Shown here: positions 20,234-29,559 of the stretch, piece by piece | Layout: every line of letters starts with the position of its first letter | Position numbering within the stretch: position 1 is the stretch's first letter | Source of the DNA: a virus | IMG/VR virus record: IMGVR_UViG_3300042691_047309 | Span: 96,001-160,000 of that record | Length of the DNA: 64,000 bases | Direction: 5' to 3' (one strand) | Program-made: the position numbers and the translations under genes | Notes under the pieces: generated by a model | The model's input: the letters and a program-made list of their open reading frames with translations, nothing else | Database searches by the model: none | What the model was told of the DNA's origin: nothing

Positions 20234-20723
20234 TGTTTTAGAAATGGACATGAGTATTGAATACAAGTTCGCGTGGAATGTAGCTGCTCGAGCTTGTTTC
20301 AGTATTTTCTATATCCTACCAGACTGTATGTTACTTTATAGACATCAAGTGTCGGAACCATATATCTGGACTAAATTCGGATGTAATCACCCTGATAAAA
20401 TAGATTTAGTAAAACTAGATGGTAAAAATCTAATGTTATTTCATGTTGATGTTTATAAAGAAAAAACTCATAAATTTAAAGACCTAATTGATTATTGTCA
20501 GTCTAATAACATTGATATCTGGATTCCTTTTCCACTTAAAAACCTTTGGAGAACTGAAGAGCCTCATCTTCAGATTATGAAAGATATACTAGATAATTAT
20601 CAATACAGCACTTACGATTTAACTGGAATGAACTACAGGAGTGAAAATGAAATAAGTAGATTGGTTAAAGAAAAAACGAAACCTATATTAAGAGATATAA
20701 AATTAAGAAACTTATTTGATTAA
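20226..20723 (+). CDS. hypothetical protein with C-terminal motif
   Basis: ends LRDIKLRNLFD. Confidence 0.72.
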   Translation: MINVLEMDMSIEYKFAWNVAARACFSIFYILPDCMLLYRHQVSEPYIWTKFGCNHPDKIDLVKLDGKNLMLFHVDVYKEKTHKFKDLIDYCQSNNIDIWIPFPLKNLWRTEEPHLQIMKDILDNYQYSTYDLTGMNYRSENEISRLVKEKTKPILRDIKLRNLFD

Positions 20724-20974
20724 TATTCTATTTTCTCAACATCATCTAAATCAACATAGTATTCATTACCATCGATTTCTACTGTTATTAAACCATCTTC
20801 ATCTATATCGACCGGAGTAATTGGATCTTTTGGATCATTATCAGGATATTCTTTAACAATTGTAGAATAGATAACTCCTCTTTTCTTAATACATTTTATT
20901 ATATCATCAATTGTGATAAGAGTTCCTTCTTCATTATTCTGTTTGAAATCCTCAAATAATTTTATCCATTTCAT
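20720..20974 (-). CDS. small protein with N-terminal leader motif
   Basis: starts MKWIKLFEDF. Confidence 0.75.
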   Translation of the reverse strand: MKWIKLFEDFKQNNEEGTLITIDDIIKCIKKRGVIYSTIVKEYPDNDPKDPITPVDIDEDGLITVEIDGNEYYVDLDDVEKIEY

Positions 20975-20978
20975 AAAT

Positions 20979-21002
20979 TATATATTAAAAACTTAATATA
21001 TA
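20979..21002. promoter_or_regulatory. back-to-back class-2 promoter boxes
   Basis: AATATATA on minus (20979-20986, 4 nt before ATG) and on plus (20995-21002, 6 nt before ATG). Confidence 0.65.
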
Positions 21003-21008
21003 AAAAGT

Positions 21009-21821
21009 ATGAAGTATATTAAAAGATTCAACGAAGAGCTTAAACCAGAAACTTATATTAGTGCTGGTTATAGATTAAAAAATTTACCAGGTGGTGGAAA
21101 AAGAAGATCTTCACCTCTTATTGATTATGGTTTTGGGAAAAAGTATGGTTTCTATAAAATGCACTGGGCTAATGGTTCATCTCTTTTAGGAAAAGATTTA
21201 ACATTTACTAATCTAATATGTGAGAGTTACTTTGGGAGACCTGACTCTTCAAAAATTGAGACTTTTAGGTATTCAGCAGAAGATGCTGTGGAACTGTGGA
21301 AACAAGGTAATCATCCTCTTTGTATGACTTTTAATTTTGTTTTTCAATCTACTGAAGAAACAAAAGATAAATTAAATAGTAGTAGTGAACTTAATACCAA
21401 CTGTCCAATGTTCTCATTTGAGATTTGGTTTAGTAACTGGGAAGAAGGTTTAGATTCTTATAATTGGGATTATGATACTGAAGAGCCAATGACTGGAGAT
21501 ACCGTAGTTGATTTAAATGGTATGTATAAATGGACTAATGAACTTACAATCTATAAGAAGAAACCTGTTAAAATGTATTACTCAAAATCATATCCTTTCT
21601 GTGGTATATTTTCAGATAGAGCTTCTGCTTTGAAATTCAAAAAAGAATTAAACAGTTTAATGGATCCACATAAAGAAAAAGTTATGGAACTTTTAAGCTG
21701 TGTTAATGCTTCTGCTGACGACATAGAAGATTTTGAAGATAGAATCAATAAAATAAGTTTAAATCATCTTTTCTCAGTTGATGAAAAAACAACCAATTGG
21801 TTCACATACAATGAATTGTAA
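21009..21821 (+). CDS. leader-motif protein, paralog 1 of tandem family
   Basis: MKYIKRFNEELKPETYISAG; FSDRASALKFK. Confidence 0.8.
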   Translation: MKYIKRFNEELKPETYISAGYRLKNLPGGGKRRSSPLIDYGFGKKYGFYKMHWANGSSLLGKDLTFTNLICESYFGRPDSSKIETFRYSAEDAVELWKQGNHPLCMTFNFVFQSTEETKDKLNSSSELNTNCPMFSFEIWFSNWEEGLDSYNWDYDTEEPMTGDTVVDLNGMYKWTNELTIYKKKPVKMYYSKSYPFCGIFSDRASALKFKKELNSLMDPHKEKVMELLSCVNASADDIEDFEDRINKISLNHLFSVDEKTTNWFTYNEL

Positions 21822-21834
21822 ATAAATTAATAAT

Positions 21835-22560
21835 ATGAAACACTTAAAGAAATTTAACGAAGAACTTAGACCACAGACTTATATGTCTGCTGCTAGAAAA
21901 TTAGATAAATTAGGTCACCACGATAGAGCAAATGCTTTAAAAGACTGGGCTAAAGAAACTGAGAAAAAAGAAGAAATGATTAAGTGGCAAGACCGCATAC
22001 AAGATTATGCTCAGTTTGGAACATTTAAATTGACTATAAAAAATCCAGAAACTAATGAAACATTAACTGGTGATTTTCATTTAGATGTTAATTTTGATGA
22101 TTTATCATTTAGTGATGAGCCTGAAAGTGGTATAACTTTCTTCTTAGGTTTAATTCCAACTTCTGAAGATTTAATCTATCAGTATATGGAACTTTGTCCA
22201 GATTATGATTTCGGAAACGGTTTCTTCTGGGGTAAAATCTTTAATTTACAATATGAATTAGGAGATACTGTTGTATTTACTAAGTGGAATATGTGGGACT
22301 ATGATGATGAAATGAATGGTAAAATAAATTTTGCTGACAGAGCATCTGCTAACAAGTTCAAGAATTTAATTATACAAATATTTAGTAATCCACAATTAGG
22401 TTATCCATCTGGATATACCGACGCTGATGACTTATATGAAAAATTAACTAATACTATCTTAGCAGAGAACTCATTCTCTTCTGATTATGGATTTAAATTA
22501 GAAGATGCTGCTGAATACATGAGAACAATTAGTCCAAATTTACTTTCTTCTACACTATGA
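21835..22560 (+). CDS. leader-motif protein, paralog 2
   Basis: MKHLKKFNEELRPQTYMSAARKLDKLGH; FADRASANKFK. Confidence 0.8.
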   Translation: MKHLKKFNEELRPQTYMSAARKLDKLGHHDRANALKDWAKETEKKEEMIKWQDRIQDYAQFGTFKLTIKNPETNETLTGDFHLDVNFDDLSFSDEPESGITFFLGLIPTSEDLIYQYMELCPDYDFGNGFFWGKIFNLQYELGDTVVFTKWNMWDYDDEMNGKINFADRASANKFKNLIIQIFSNPQLGYPSGYTDADDLYEKLTNTILAENSFSSDYGFKLEDAAEYMRTISPNLLSSTL

Positions 22561-23417
22561 GATACTTAAAAAGATTTAATGAAGAGTTAAAAGCATCTAC
22601 TTACAAAAAAGCAGGTGAGAAATTCACTCAGATGGGTCACAAAAGAAGAGGATCTGAATTATTAGATTATGCAACTCAAGTTGAATTAAAAGAAAAATAT
22701 CAAAAATTAAGACAGGCTCAGGATGAAAATAAGGAGTATGGTTTATTTGATATTACGATGACAAGAGGTTATGGGTCAAATAAGAAAGATGTATTTTCTG
22801 GTAAATTTTATCTACAAATGTGTTTAGAATCTGATTGGTTCAAAGACCAATTATGGGATTGGTTTTATGAAGGTATGGATTGGCATATGGGAATTGCTAT
22901 GGAGTTTGCCATTATACCAGCTGATGACGAAACACTTAGAATGTTGGAAACAAGTGAAGACGGAGATATAGTGTATTTTAGAAATAATACTATGTGGGGA
23001 GATGACTATAGATACTGGACAAATAGACTTTGGCTTACACTCTGTGATAAAAATGCAGTTCCTCTTTATATAGCAGGTGCTGGTGGATTTGAAGATAGAG
23101 ATTCTTTTACATTCCATTTTAATTCAAGATCAGAAGCTATGAAATTTAGAAACTTATTGGCTAATACATTAGAAGGAAAATCTGATTGGGGTTCTTATAA
23201 TGGTAGAACGATTTCTGACCAATTAAAATCAACAATTATTATGGATGAAGAAGACTGGAGATCAAAACTAATGGATAAGTTTTTACCGGGTAGAGAAGAT
23301 GAATATGATATTAATAATCCAGATACTTGGCCAAAAAATACTTTTACAGAAGATACTTACAAAGGAGCTATCGAGGCGGTTAAGAGAATGTCAGTAAATG
23401 GTTTATATAGAGATTAA
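22557..23417 (+). CDS. leader-motif protein, paralog 3
   Basis: MRYLKRFNEELKASTYKKAG; FNSRSEAMKFR; ends NGLYRD. Confidence 0.8.
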   Translation: MRYLKRFNEELKASTYKKAGEKFTQMGHKRRGSELLDYATQVELKEKYQKLRQAQDENKEYGLFDITMTRGYGSNKKDVFSGKFYLQMCLESDWFKDQLWDWFYEGMDWHMGIAMEFAIIPADDETLRMLETSEDGDIVYFRNNTMWGDDYRYWTNRLWLTLCDKNAVPLYIAGAGGFEDRDSFTFHFNSRSEAMKFRNLLANTLEGKSDWGSYNGRTISDQLKSTIIMDEEDWRSKLMDKFLPGREDEYDINNPDTWPKNTFTEDTYKGAIEAVKRMSVNGLYRD

Positions 23418-23420
23418 GAG

Positions 23421-24692
23421 ATGAAGTATTTAAAAAGATATGAAGAAGCTGTCGGTGTTAGATTGAAATCAGAATTGAAATCAACAGTTGAAGATTTGCT
23501 TATTGATTTAAGAGATGATGAATTTGAAACTAAAGTATCTGAAATAGATTATCATTCTCAAAAAGTAAAGGTCAAAGTCAATATACAAAGAGATAGAGAA
23601 TTTACTTATGAAGATATAAAACCTCAAATTGAATCTATTTGGTCTTATTTAAATGAAGAAGGATTTACAATTGAAAACTTCACTAGTGTAGAAGACTGGG
23701 AAAACTTTGAAGAACCAGAAGACGAATTTACAATTCATCAAAAAGATAAAGGTTATGTGTGGTCCACTGGTGAAGATGGTGAGATTAAATCTATTGACAA
23801 AGAATTTCAAAGAAGACCAAATGTCATGATTTCACCAATATATAATCCAGAAAACTTTGATAGAATTCAAAAGTGGATATTTGAGATTTCATTTACTAAA
23901 GATAAAATTGTAGTTGATAGAAAGAGAGGTCATCTTACAACTAATGAAGAGTTAAAACCACAAACATATATAAGTGCTGCTGATAAACTAACTAAGTTAG
24001 GTCATATTAAAAGACCTGAGCAATTAAAATCTTGGGCTGAAACTATTAAGCAAAGAGAAATAGATACTAAACACAAAATGGCTTTAGAAGAAGCAAAAAA
24101 ATTAGGACAATTTCAATTAAGATTTGTTGGTAGAGGAAGTGAAATAAGGTTTGCAAACTGTTACATTCAACTTTATTTTAATTCCGATTATTACCTAAGT
24201 GAGATGTTACCAGAGTGGTTAGATGGTGAGAGAAACACACTTTGGTCACAGTTTATGTTTGGGATTCATCCGGTTTCTTCAGAAGATTTAGAAGTTTTAA
24301 ATTGGTTTTCTGGTGATATTAAAGGTTATACAAATAGAGCGAATGGTATAATCTGGTTACAAGATGTTTATATCAATCTGACAAATCAAAACTGCAAAGA
24401 TGAAGATGGTGTGACTTTACCTATGACCCCTTCAGGTGTAGTTTCAATCGAATGCTCTGAATTTAGTGAAGTTTATTTTGCAAATAGAAGAGAAGCTATT
24501 AAGTTTAGAAATTTATTAGTCGATCTTTTCGAGGGAGATATAGATTACATACAACCGAATGGTAAAGACTTTAAAGAAGATATAATTGAAACTTGGTGTG
24601 ATCATGAAGAAAGACCAGTTGAACTTTCAGAGTTAGAAGATTTTATTGATAAACTTAGAGTAATGAGATTAAATTCATTATATAGAGATTAA
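23421..24692 (+). CDS. leader-motif two-module protein, paralog 4
   Basis: MKYLKRYEE; internal NEELKPQTYISAADKLTKLGH; FANRREAIKFR; ends NSLYRD. Confidence 0.8.
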   Translation: MKYLKRYEEAVGVRLKSELKSTVEDLLIDLRDDEFETKVSEIDYHSQKVKVKVNIQRDREFTYEDIKPQIESIWSYLNEEGFTIENFTSVEDWENFEEPEDEFTIHQKDKGYVWSTGEDGEIKSIDKEFQRRPNVMISPIYNPENFDRIQKWIFEISFTKDKIVVDRKRGHLTTNEELKPQTYISAADKLTKLGHIKRPEQLKSWAETIKQREIDTKHKMALEEAKKLGQFQLRFVGRGSEIRFANCYIQLYFNSDYYLSEMLPEWLDGERNTLWSQFMFGIHPVSSEDLEVLNWFSGDIKGYTNRANGIIWLQDVYINLTNQNCKDEDGVTLPMTPSGVVSIECSEFSEVYFANRREAIKFRNLLVDLFEGDIDYIQPNGKDFKEDIIETWCDHEERPVELSELEDFIDKLRVMRLNSLYRD

Positions 24693-24708
24693 TTATTATA
24701 TTTACAAA

Positions 24709-25881
24709 ATGAAAATAAAAAGATATAGACAATTCTTAGAATCAAACTCTAATGATATGTGGAACATTATTCCACAGTCAGTGAAAGATTTGCAACAACT
24801 TTTTAAATCAAAAGAAAAAAAATTATATGTTGTTGGAGGTGCCGTTAGAGACTTTCTAACAGGAGATACACCAAAAGACTTTGACTTAGCAACTGATGCA
24901 CTTCCAGATGAAGTATTAGAAATATTAGGAAGTAAATATAAAACTAACCTACAAGGTAAAGCATTTGGAGTGGTCGTGGTTTTCACCAATGATCAACCAG
25001 AAGGAATGGAGATTGCAACATTCCGAGAAGATGTTTCAAAAGGTAGAAACCCTGAAGTTAAATTAGGAGTTACCATTGAAGATGATGTTAAAAGAAGAGA
25101 TTTAACTTATAACGCACTTTTCTATGATTTAGATACTAAAGAGATTGTTGATTTAACTGGAGGACGTGAGCATTTAGCAAAAGGAATAACTCAAATGGTT
25201 GGTGATCCTATTGAAAGATTTGATGAAGATTCTTTAAGAATTTTGAGAGCTTTTAGATTTGCTTCAAGATATGGACACCCTTTACATAAAGATACTGAAG
25301 CGGCAATTGAAAAAAGAAAACAATTAGAAAATATAGATCCTGAAACCGGTGAAATGAAAAGAATTTCACAAGAAAGAGTTTGGGAAGAGATGAACAAGGC
25401 GTGGAAACAAGCAAAAGACTATAGAAACTATTTACAATTCTTTACTAAGTTTGATATGTGGTCTGAAGTTTTTCCAGGCTCTGAAATCAATACCGATCTG
25501 GTTGATAGTAAAGACTTTGTGGTTGTTATTGCTAACTTATTTAAGAATGAAAACACGGATGGTTTAGAAAAGAGATTGGTTCAAGACTACAGAATAGATT
25601 CTCAAATGGCATCAAAAATAGTTTTCTTAATTAGATTATTAGAATTGACACCAGATACAGCATTTGATTTACATAAGTCAAAATTACAATGTCATATTGA
25701 AGATAAAACTATTTTAGAATGGTTTAGAGTTTTGGGTGTAAATGATACTGTTAAAATTAAATTTGTAGAATACAAACCAACTACTTCTGCTCAGGAATTG
25801 ATGTTACAGGGTTTTAAAGGAAAGGCTTTAGGTGATGAGTTAAAAAGACTTGAAATTGAAAATTTCAAGAAGATTTTATAA
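24709..25881 (+). CDS. cca: CCA-adding tRNA nucleotidyltransferase (class II NTase)
   Basis: VVGGAVRD, DFDLAT, EIATFR, EDDVKRRDLTYNA, RFDEDSLRILRAFRF, ISQERVWEE. Confidence 0.88.
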   Translation: MKIKRYRQFLESNSNDMWNIIPQSVKDLQQLFKSKEKKLYVVGGAVRDFLTGDTPKDFDLATDALPDEVLEILGSKYKTNLQGKAFGVVVVFTNDQPEGMEIATFREDVSKGRNPEVKLGVTIEDDVKRRDLTYNALFYDLDTKEIVDLTGGREHLAKGITQMVGDPIERFDEDSLRILRAFRFASRYGHPLHKDTEAAIEKRKQLENIDPETGEMKRISQERVWEEMNKAWKQAKDYRNYLQFFTKFDMWSEVFPGSEINTDLVDSKDFVVVIANLFKNENTDGLEKRLVQDYRIDSQMASKIVFLIRLLELTPDTAFDLHKSKLQCHIEDKTILEWFRVLGVNDTVKIKFVEYKPTTSAQELMLQGFKGKALGDELKRLEIENFKKIL

Positions 25882-25913
25882 TTTTCTCATTTTAAAAATA
25901 GATATATACTGCT

Positions 25914-26378
25914 ATGATTTACCACTTATCGTATTTAAGAGACCGTTTAGGAAATAACTATTTAGGAATTAATATTCCAGTCGATTTAATTGAACCCTAT
26001 TTAAATGAATTAAAAAATCACTTAACTACTGAAGAATACTCAACTTATGTCCAAAATCATCAAAATAGAGATTCTGGTCATTATCACATTACGGTTATAA
26101 ATGTTATGGATTATAATAAGTTAGCGGAAGAATGGGGAATGGATAAATTTATTAATTCTTTAGAACCGGTTTTTCACTATGAAATCGATGACTTAGAAAT
26201 GTTAGGAGTTGGAAAGGCCATAAAAGAACCAAACGTGGCTTATTTTATCGTCTGTAATTCGGATAAATTAGATGCTGTAAGAACTAGATTTGATTTACCA
26301 AAACAAGATTTTCATGTTACAATAGGTTTCAAAGATAAAGATGTTTTTGGTGTAAGAAAAAATGAATTACTAAATTAA
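25914..26378 (+). CDS. 2H phosphoesterase (RNA-repair type)
   Basis: HITV and FHVTIGF 2H motifs; GATATATA at 25901 upstream. Confidence 0.85.
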   Translation: MIYHLSYLRDRLGNNYLGINIPVDLIEPYLNELKNHLTTEEYSTYVQNHQNRDSGHYHITVINVMDYNKLAEEWGMDKFINSLEPVFHYEIDDLEMLGVGKAIKEPNVAYFIVCNSDKLDAVRTRFDLPKQDFHVTIGFKDKDVFGVRKNELLN

Positions 26379-26429
26379 ACTTTTAGTCTAATTATAGATA
26401 TAGGAATCTATAATAAAAAAATAAAATAT

Positions 26430-26702
26430 ATGGAAAAAATGGAACTTTATGATTACTACAATCTTGATGAATGTGTTGATAGAAAAAAAGTAATTACTAC
26501 ATTAAAGAAGTTTAAAAAAGACGGAAAGATCGATTATTCTTTAGATGGTGAGGAACTTCATATTGAAGATATAGATTTAGATGATACTGAAATCGAGTAT
26601 TTGTCTGAACTACTTGACGAAAATGATGTTTTTCCAAATCCTGATAAGGAAGAAGGTGATGATGATTATTCAGACTTTGATGACTACGATGATGATTATT
26701 AA
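26430..26702 (+). CDS. small acidic hypothetical protein
   Basis: 90 aa, D-rich tail. Confidence 0.7.
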   Translation: MEKMELYDYYNLDECVDRKKVITTLKKFKKDGKIDYSLDGEELHIEDIDLDDTEIEYLSELLDENDVFPNPDKEEGDDDYSDFDDYDDDY

Positions 26703-26703
26703 T

Positions 26704-26735
26704 AAAAAAGAGTTAGATTTTTCTAACTCTTTTTT
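26704..26735. terminator. bidirectional intrinsic terminator
   Basis: aaaaaagagttag-N6-ctaactctttttt between convergent genes. Confidence 0.75.
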
Positions 26736-27568
26736 GTTTTCTTTCTTTTACGGTTCCAAAAATAAAGAAATATTGGAATAATTATAGTAGTCATTAACCA
26801 TTGCCAGTATTTCTCAAAAAAACCTTCAACTACAATCGGAAGATTTGATTTGATTTTAATATTTTTATTGAATACAATAATGTCTTTATTTAAATCTTTC
26901 AACTTAATAACTAACTTTAAAGGAGTTTCACCACTTTTTTTAGGTGTCACAATCCATTCCCATTCTGTGTAACTTTCATTATCTATGTTTTGAACAGGAG
27001 TTGAAAGTGCAACAATGTTGAAAGCTTCTGAGTCACCTCTTAAATCAGCCGACATCTCACCAGAAACTTTGATATCATCAATTGTTGCGACGCTCTCATA
27101 TTGAGGATTGTTTATAAAATCATCATTTCCTAATATCAAAACTGATTTATTTTGACCATTTGTCTTTTTAGATATTCTTACTTTTATTGAGTAGTTTTTA
27201 GATACCTTCATGCTTTCAGGTACTGAATAAGCTATCCATCCTTTTGCAGTATCAACTATATTTTCAGAGATATTTTGAATTGACCTATCCACCACTTTTA
27301 AATTTGTATTTTTTTCGTGTTTTTCAACTAGTCTTATTTGATGAATCACATCAATTTTATTGATGTCGTCTTTTTTTATTACTTTCATTTCTTCAACTAA
27401 TTCTTGTCTAATTAAAGTGTCTTTTATCGGCTCAACATTTAATTCATCTTTAATAACCGAGACAGTATCTAGTTTTAAAGACTCTAAATTCGTATCTGAT
27501 TGGGTTACTTTTTGTGTTGCACATGAGACTAACCAAAATGCACTAATAAAAATAAAAATAAATCTCAT
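26723..27568 (-). CDS. lipoprotein with C-terminal transmembrane anchor
   Basis: LVSC lipobox; WQWLMTTIIIPIFLYFW plus basic tail; AATATATA 4 nt upstream. Confidence 0.75.
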   Translation of the reverse strand: MRFIFIFISAFWLVSCATQKVTQSDTNLESLKLDTVSVIKDELNVEPIKDTLIRQELVEEMKVIKKDDINKIDVIHQIRLVEKHEKNTNLKVVDRSIQNISENIVDTAKGWIAYSVPESMKVSKNYSIKVRISKKTNGQNKSVLILGNDDFINNPQYESVATIDDIKVSGEMSADLRGDSEAFNIVALSTPVQNIDNESYTEWEWIVTPKKSGETPLKLVIKLKDLNKDIIVFNKNIKIKSNLPIVVEGFFEKYWQWLMTTIIIPIFLYFWNRKRKKTKKS

Positions 27569-27612
27569 ATGTTATATATTTAATATGAAAACTAAAATTA
27601 ATATATAGTTTT

Positions 27613-28866
27613 ATGGATATTATTAAATTTTCTCAGTTTCTAAATGAAAATGTTATGATAACAGTTCTTGACTGTGTAATTGATGAATTCGGAAATTTAT
27701 ACAATGGAACTAACAATCGATATCCGCTAATGAAAGGATATATTGAAAAAGAGAAACTTCCAAAAATTTCAGTTGGTAGAATTTTAGGTGATGATAAAAG
27801 GACTTATTTAGCTGGTATAGACAAAAACGGTGTTTTAGTAGCAGCTGAAAAAAACAAATCATTAGATGGATATCTAATAGATAATATCGGAAATAGAGTA
27901 AAAGTTCCGGCTTGGTTAAAAGGTACAAAATCAAGATATTGGAAGTTCTTTGACTTAACAAAGGATGCAAACGGAAATGATGTTCAAAGTTTTAATTATG
28001 ATTACACAAGACTTGTTCCAACTGTTGCAACTGGTTGGGTAAATACTAAAGTTGATATGGAAGTCATCAAAAAAGTTCGTAGATATTCAAGAGGTTTAGG
28101 TCAAGGTTCCGGTAGAGAAGGATTCGTTAGTAAATTGTCTGACTTGCAAAGAATATCTTCTGAAGGACTCCAAAAAAGAAAAAGATCAAGAAATACAATA
28201 CAGAAAGAAATGTCTGTAATTATGTTACTTCACTACATTAATGAAATTAAAAACTTTTTTACTCCGTCAGCATCTGGATTCCTTTTTGAATCATTCTTAG
28301 GTGGTTTAATTAAAAACTCAAAAGTGGTTGAAGATAATTCCAAAGCAGATGTAAGAGCTGACGGTGAAACTTGGCAAATAAAACTTTACGATGCTGTTTC
28401 ATCCTCTTCGATATCAGTAGCCTATATGGACGAAAGGTCAGTGCCAAAAATTCCGGTAGATCACTTTGTAATTTGTTTGAAATATGCTGATAAGATTGAT
28501 ATCGTTGTATTAAGAGGTATTGAAGACACAACAGATCCTCTTTGTTATACTAACTTCATAACCGGTGGTGGTAATTTTTCTGTAGCTAAAATCAAAAACA
28601 CACCATTCAAATATACAATAGAGCTTTTAGGTATTGAAGAAAAAATTAAATCTATTGCATCTGGACTTAAAGAATCAATAGATGATATTTATTCTGATTT
28701 AAGCACTTTTCAATATAATATAGAATCAATAATCACTGGAGTAGATGAGAAAGGAAAATTGTTAAACGAGTCTAAGTTTGACCAGACTTACAATGAATCA
28801 GTTAATATTGCACAAGGACTTGATGTCAAAATAACATCTCTTTACAAGACTATTAAACAAGAATAA
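27613..28866 (+). CDS. leader-motif protein with possible PD-(D/E)XK-like nuclease core
   Basis: MDIIKFSQFLNE; GFLFESFL...ADV...WQIKLY pattern; AATATATA at 27600. Confidence 0.6.
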   Translation: MDIIKFSQFLNENVMITVLDCVIDEFGNLYNGTNNRYPLMKGYIEKEKLPKISVGRILGDDKRTYLAGIDKNGVLVAAEKNKSLDGYLIDNIGNRVKVPAWLKGTKSRYWKFFDLTKDANGNDVQSFNYDYTRLVPTVATGWVNTKVDMEVIKKVRRYSRGLGQGSGREGFVSKLSDLQRISSEGLQKRKRSRNTIQKEMSVIMLLHYINEIKNFFTPSASGFLFESFLGGLIKNSKVVEDNSKADVRADGETWQIKLYDAVSSSSISVAYMDERSVPKIPVDHFVICLKYADKIDIVVLRGIEDTTDPLCYTNFITGGGNFSVAKIKNTPFKYTIELLGIEEKIKSIASGLKESIDDIYSDLSTFQYNIESIITGVDEKGKLLNESKFDQTYNESVNIAQGLDVKITSLYKTIKQE

Positions 28867-28897
28867 TTTGACTTTTATAAACATTGTATTATATTTG
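28867..28897 (+). promoter_or_regulatory. Bacteroidota housekeeping-sigma promoter
   Basis: TTTG-N19-TATATTTG. Confidence 0.8.
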
Positions 28898-28911
28898 TAA
28901 TAAAATATATT

Positions 28912-29559
28912 ATGATAGATATAAAAGAAGTAGTTGATTACCTAAACACATTTAATAATTATCAACTTTCAAACTCAAGTGATGATGGAAGAGTTAATTC
29001 ACTCACTTCTGAAGATTTACTTGTCTCAACTATTGAAAAAAATCTAAGTCACTACTCTAACATAAAAGTAGAACCTAAAACCAGCAACCGACAGGAGCAT
29101 GATTTTGTTTTATCACTAATTGATAACTCTGGTGAATCAATTTTCACCGAAGGGCATGATATAAAGATTGTTGAACCTTCTAACTTCACAAATACTGTTA
29201 GCTTTGTGAAACTATCTAAAATGTTAAATTTAGATGGGATGTCCTATGAGACAGTTATCAAATCTTATGAAAAGAAATCTAAAGCATGTGATATTAAATT
29301 AACACAAGATTATTCAATTTTGTTTTTTAACAAATCAACGATGAAGTTTTTTCATTGCTATCTTTCTGAAATGCCTAATAATGATGTCACTACAAATCCA
29401 TCGAATTGTATTCAAACAAAACTTCCAACTGAACTAGTTACAAGAACTGAAGAAGAAAAGTTCAACTTCATACATTCATTGTGGAAAGGATATATTTATA
29501 AAAGAGTTGTAGCACCTGCTAAATTATGTGAGTCGATTGACTTTTCAGATATGTTTTAA
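28912..29559 (+). CDS. putative restriction endonuclease
   Basis: DDGRVNS..E, HDF...HDIK PD-(D/E)XK-like pattern; convergent with and overlapping an MTase. Confidence 0.55.
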   Translation: MIDIKEVVDYLNTFNNYQLSNSSDDGRVNSLTSEDLLVSTIEKNLSHYSNIKVEPKTSNRQEHDFVLSLIDNSGESIFTEGHDIKIVEPSNFTNTVSFVKLSKMLNLDGMSYETVIKSYEKKSKACDIKLTQDYSILFFNKSTMKFFHCYLSEMPNNDVTTNPSNCIQTKLPTELVTRTEEEKFNFIHSLWKGYIYKRVVAPAKLCESIDFSDMF

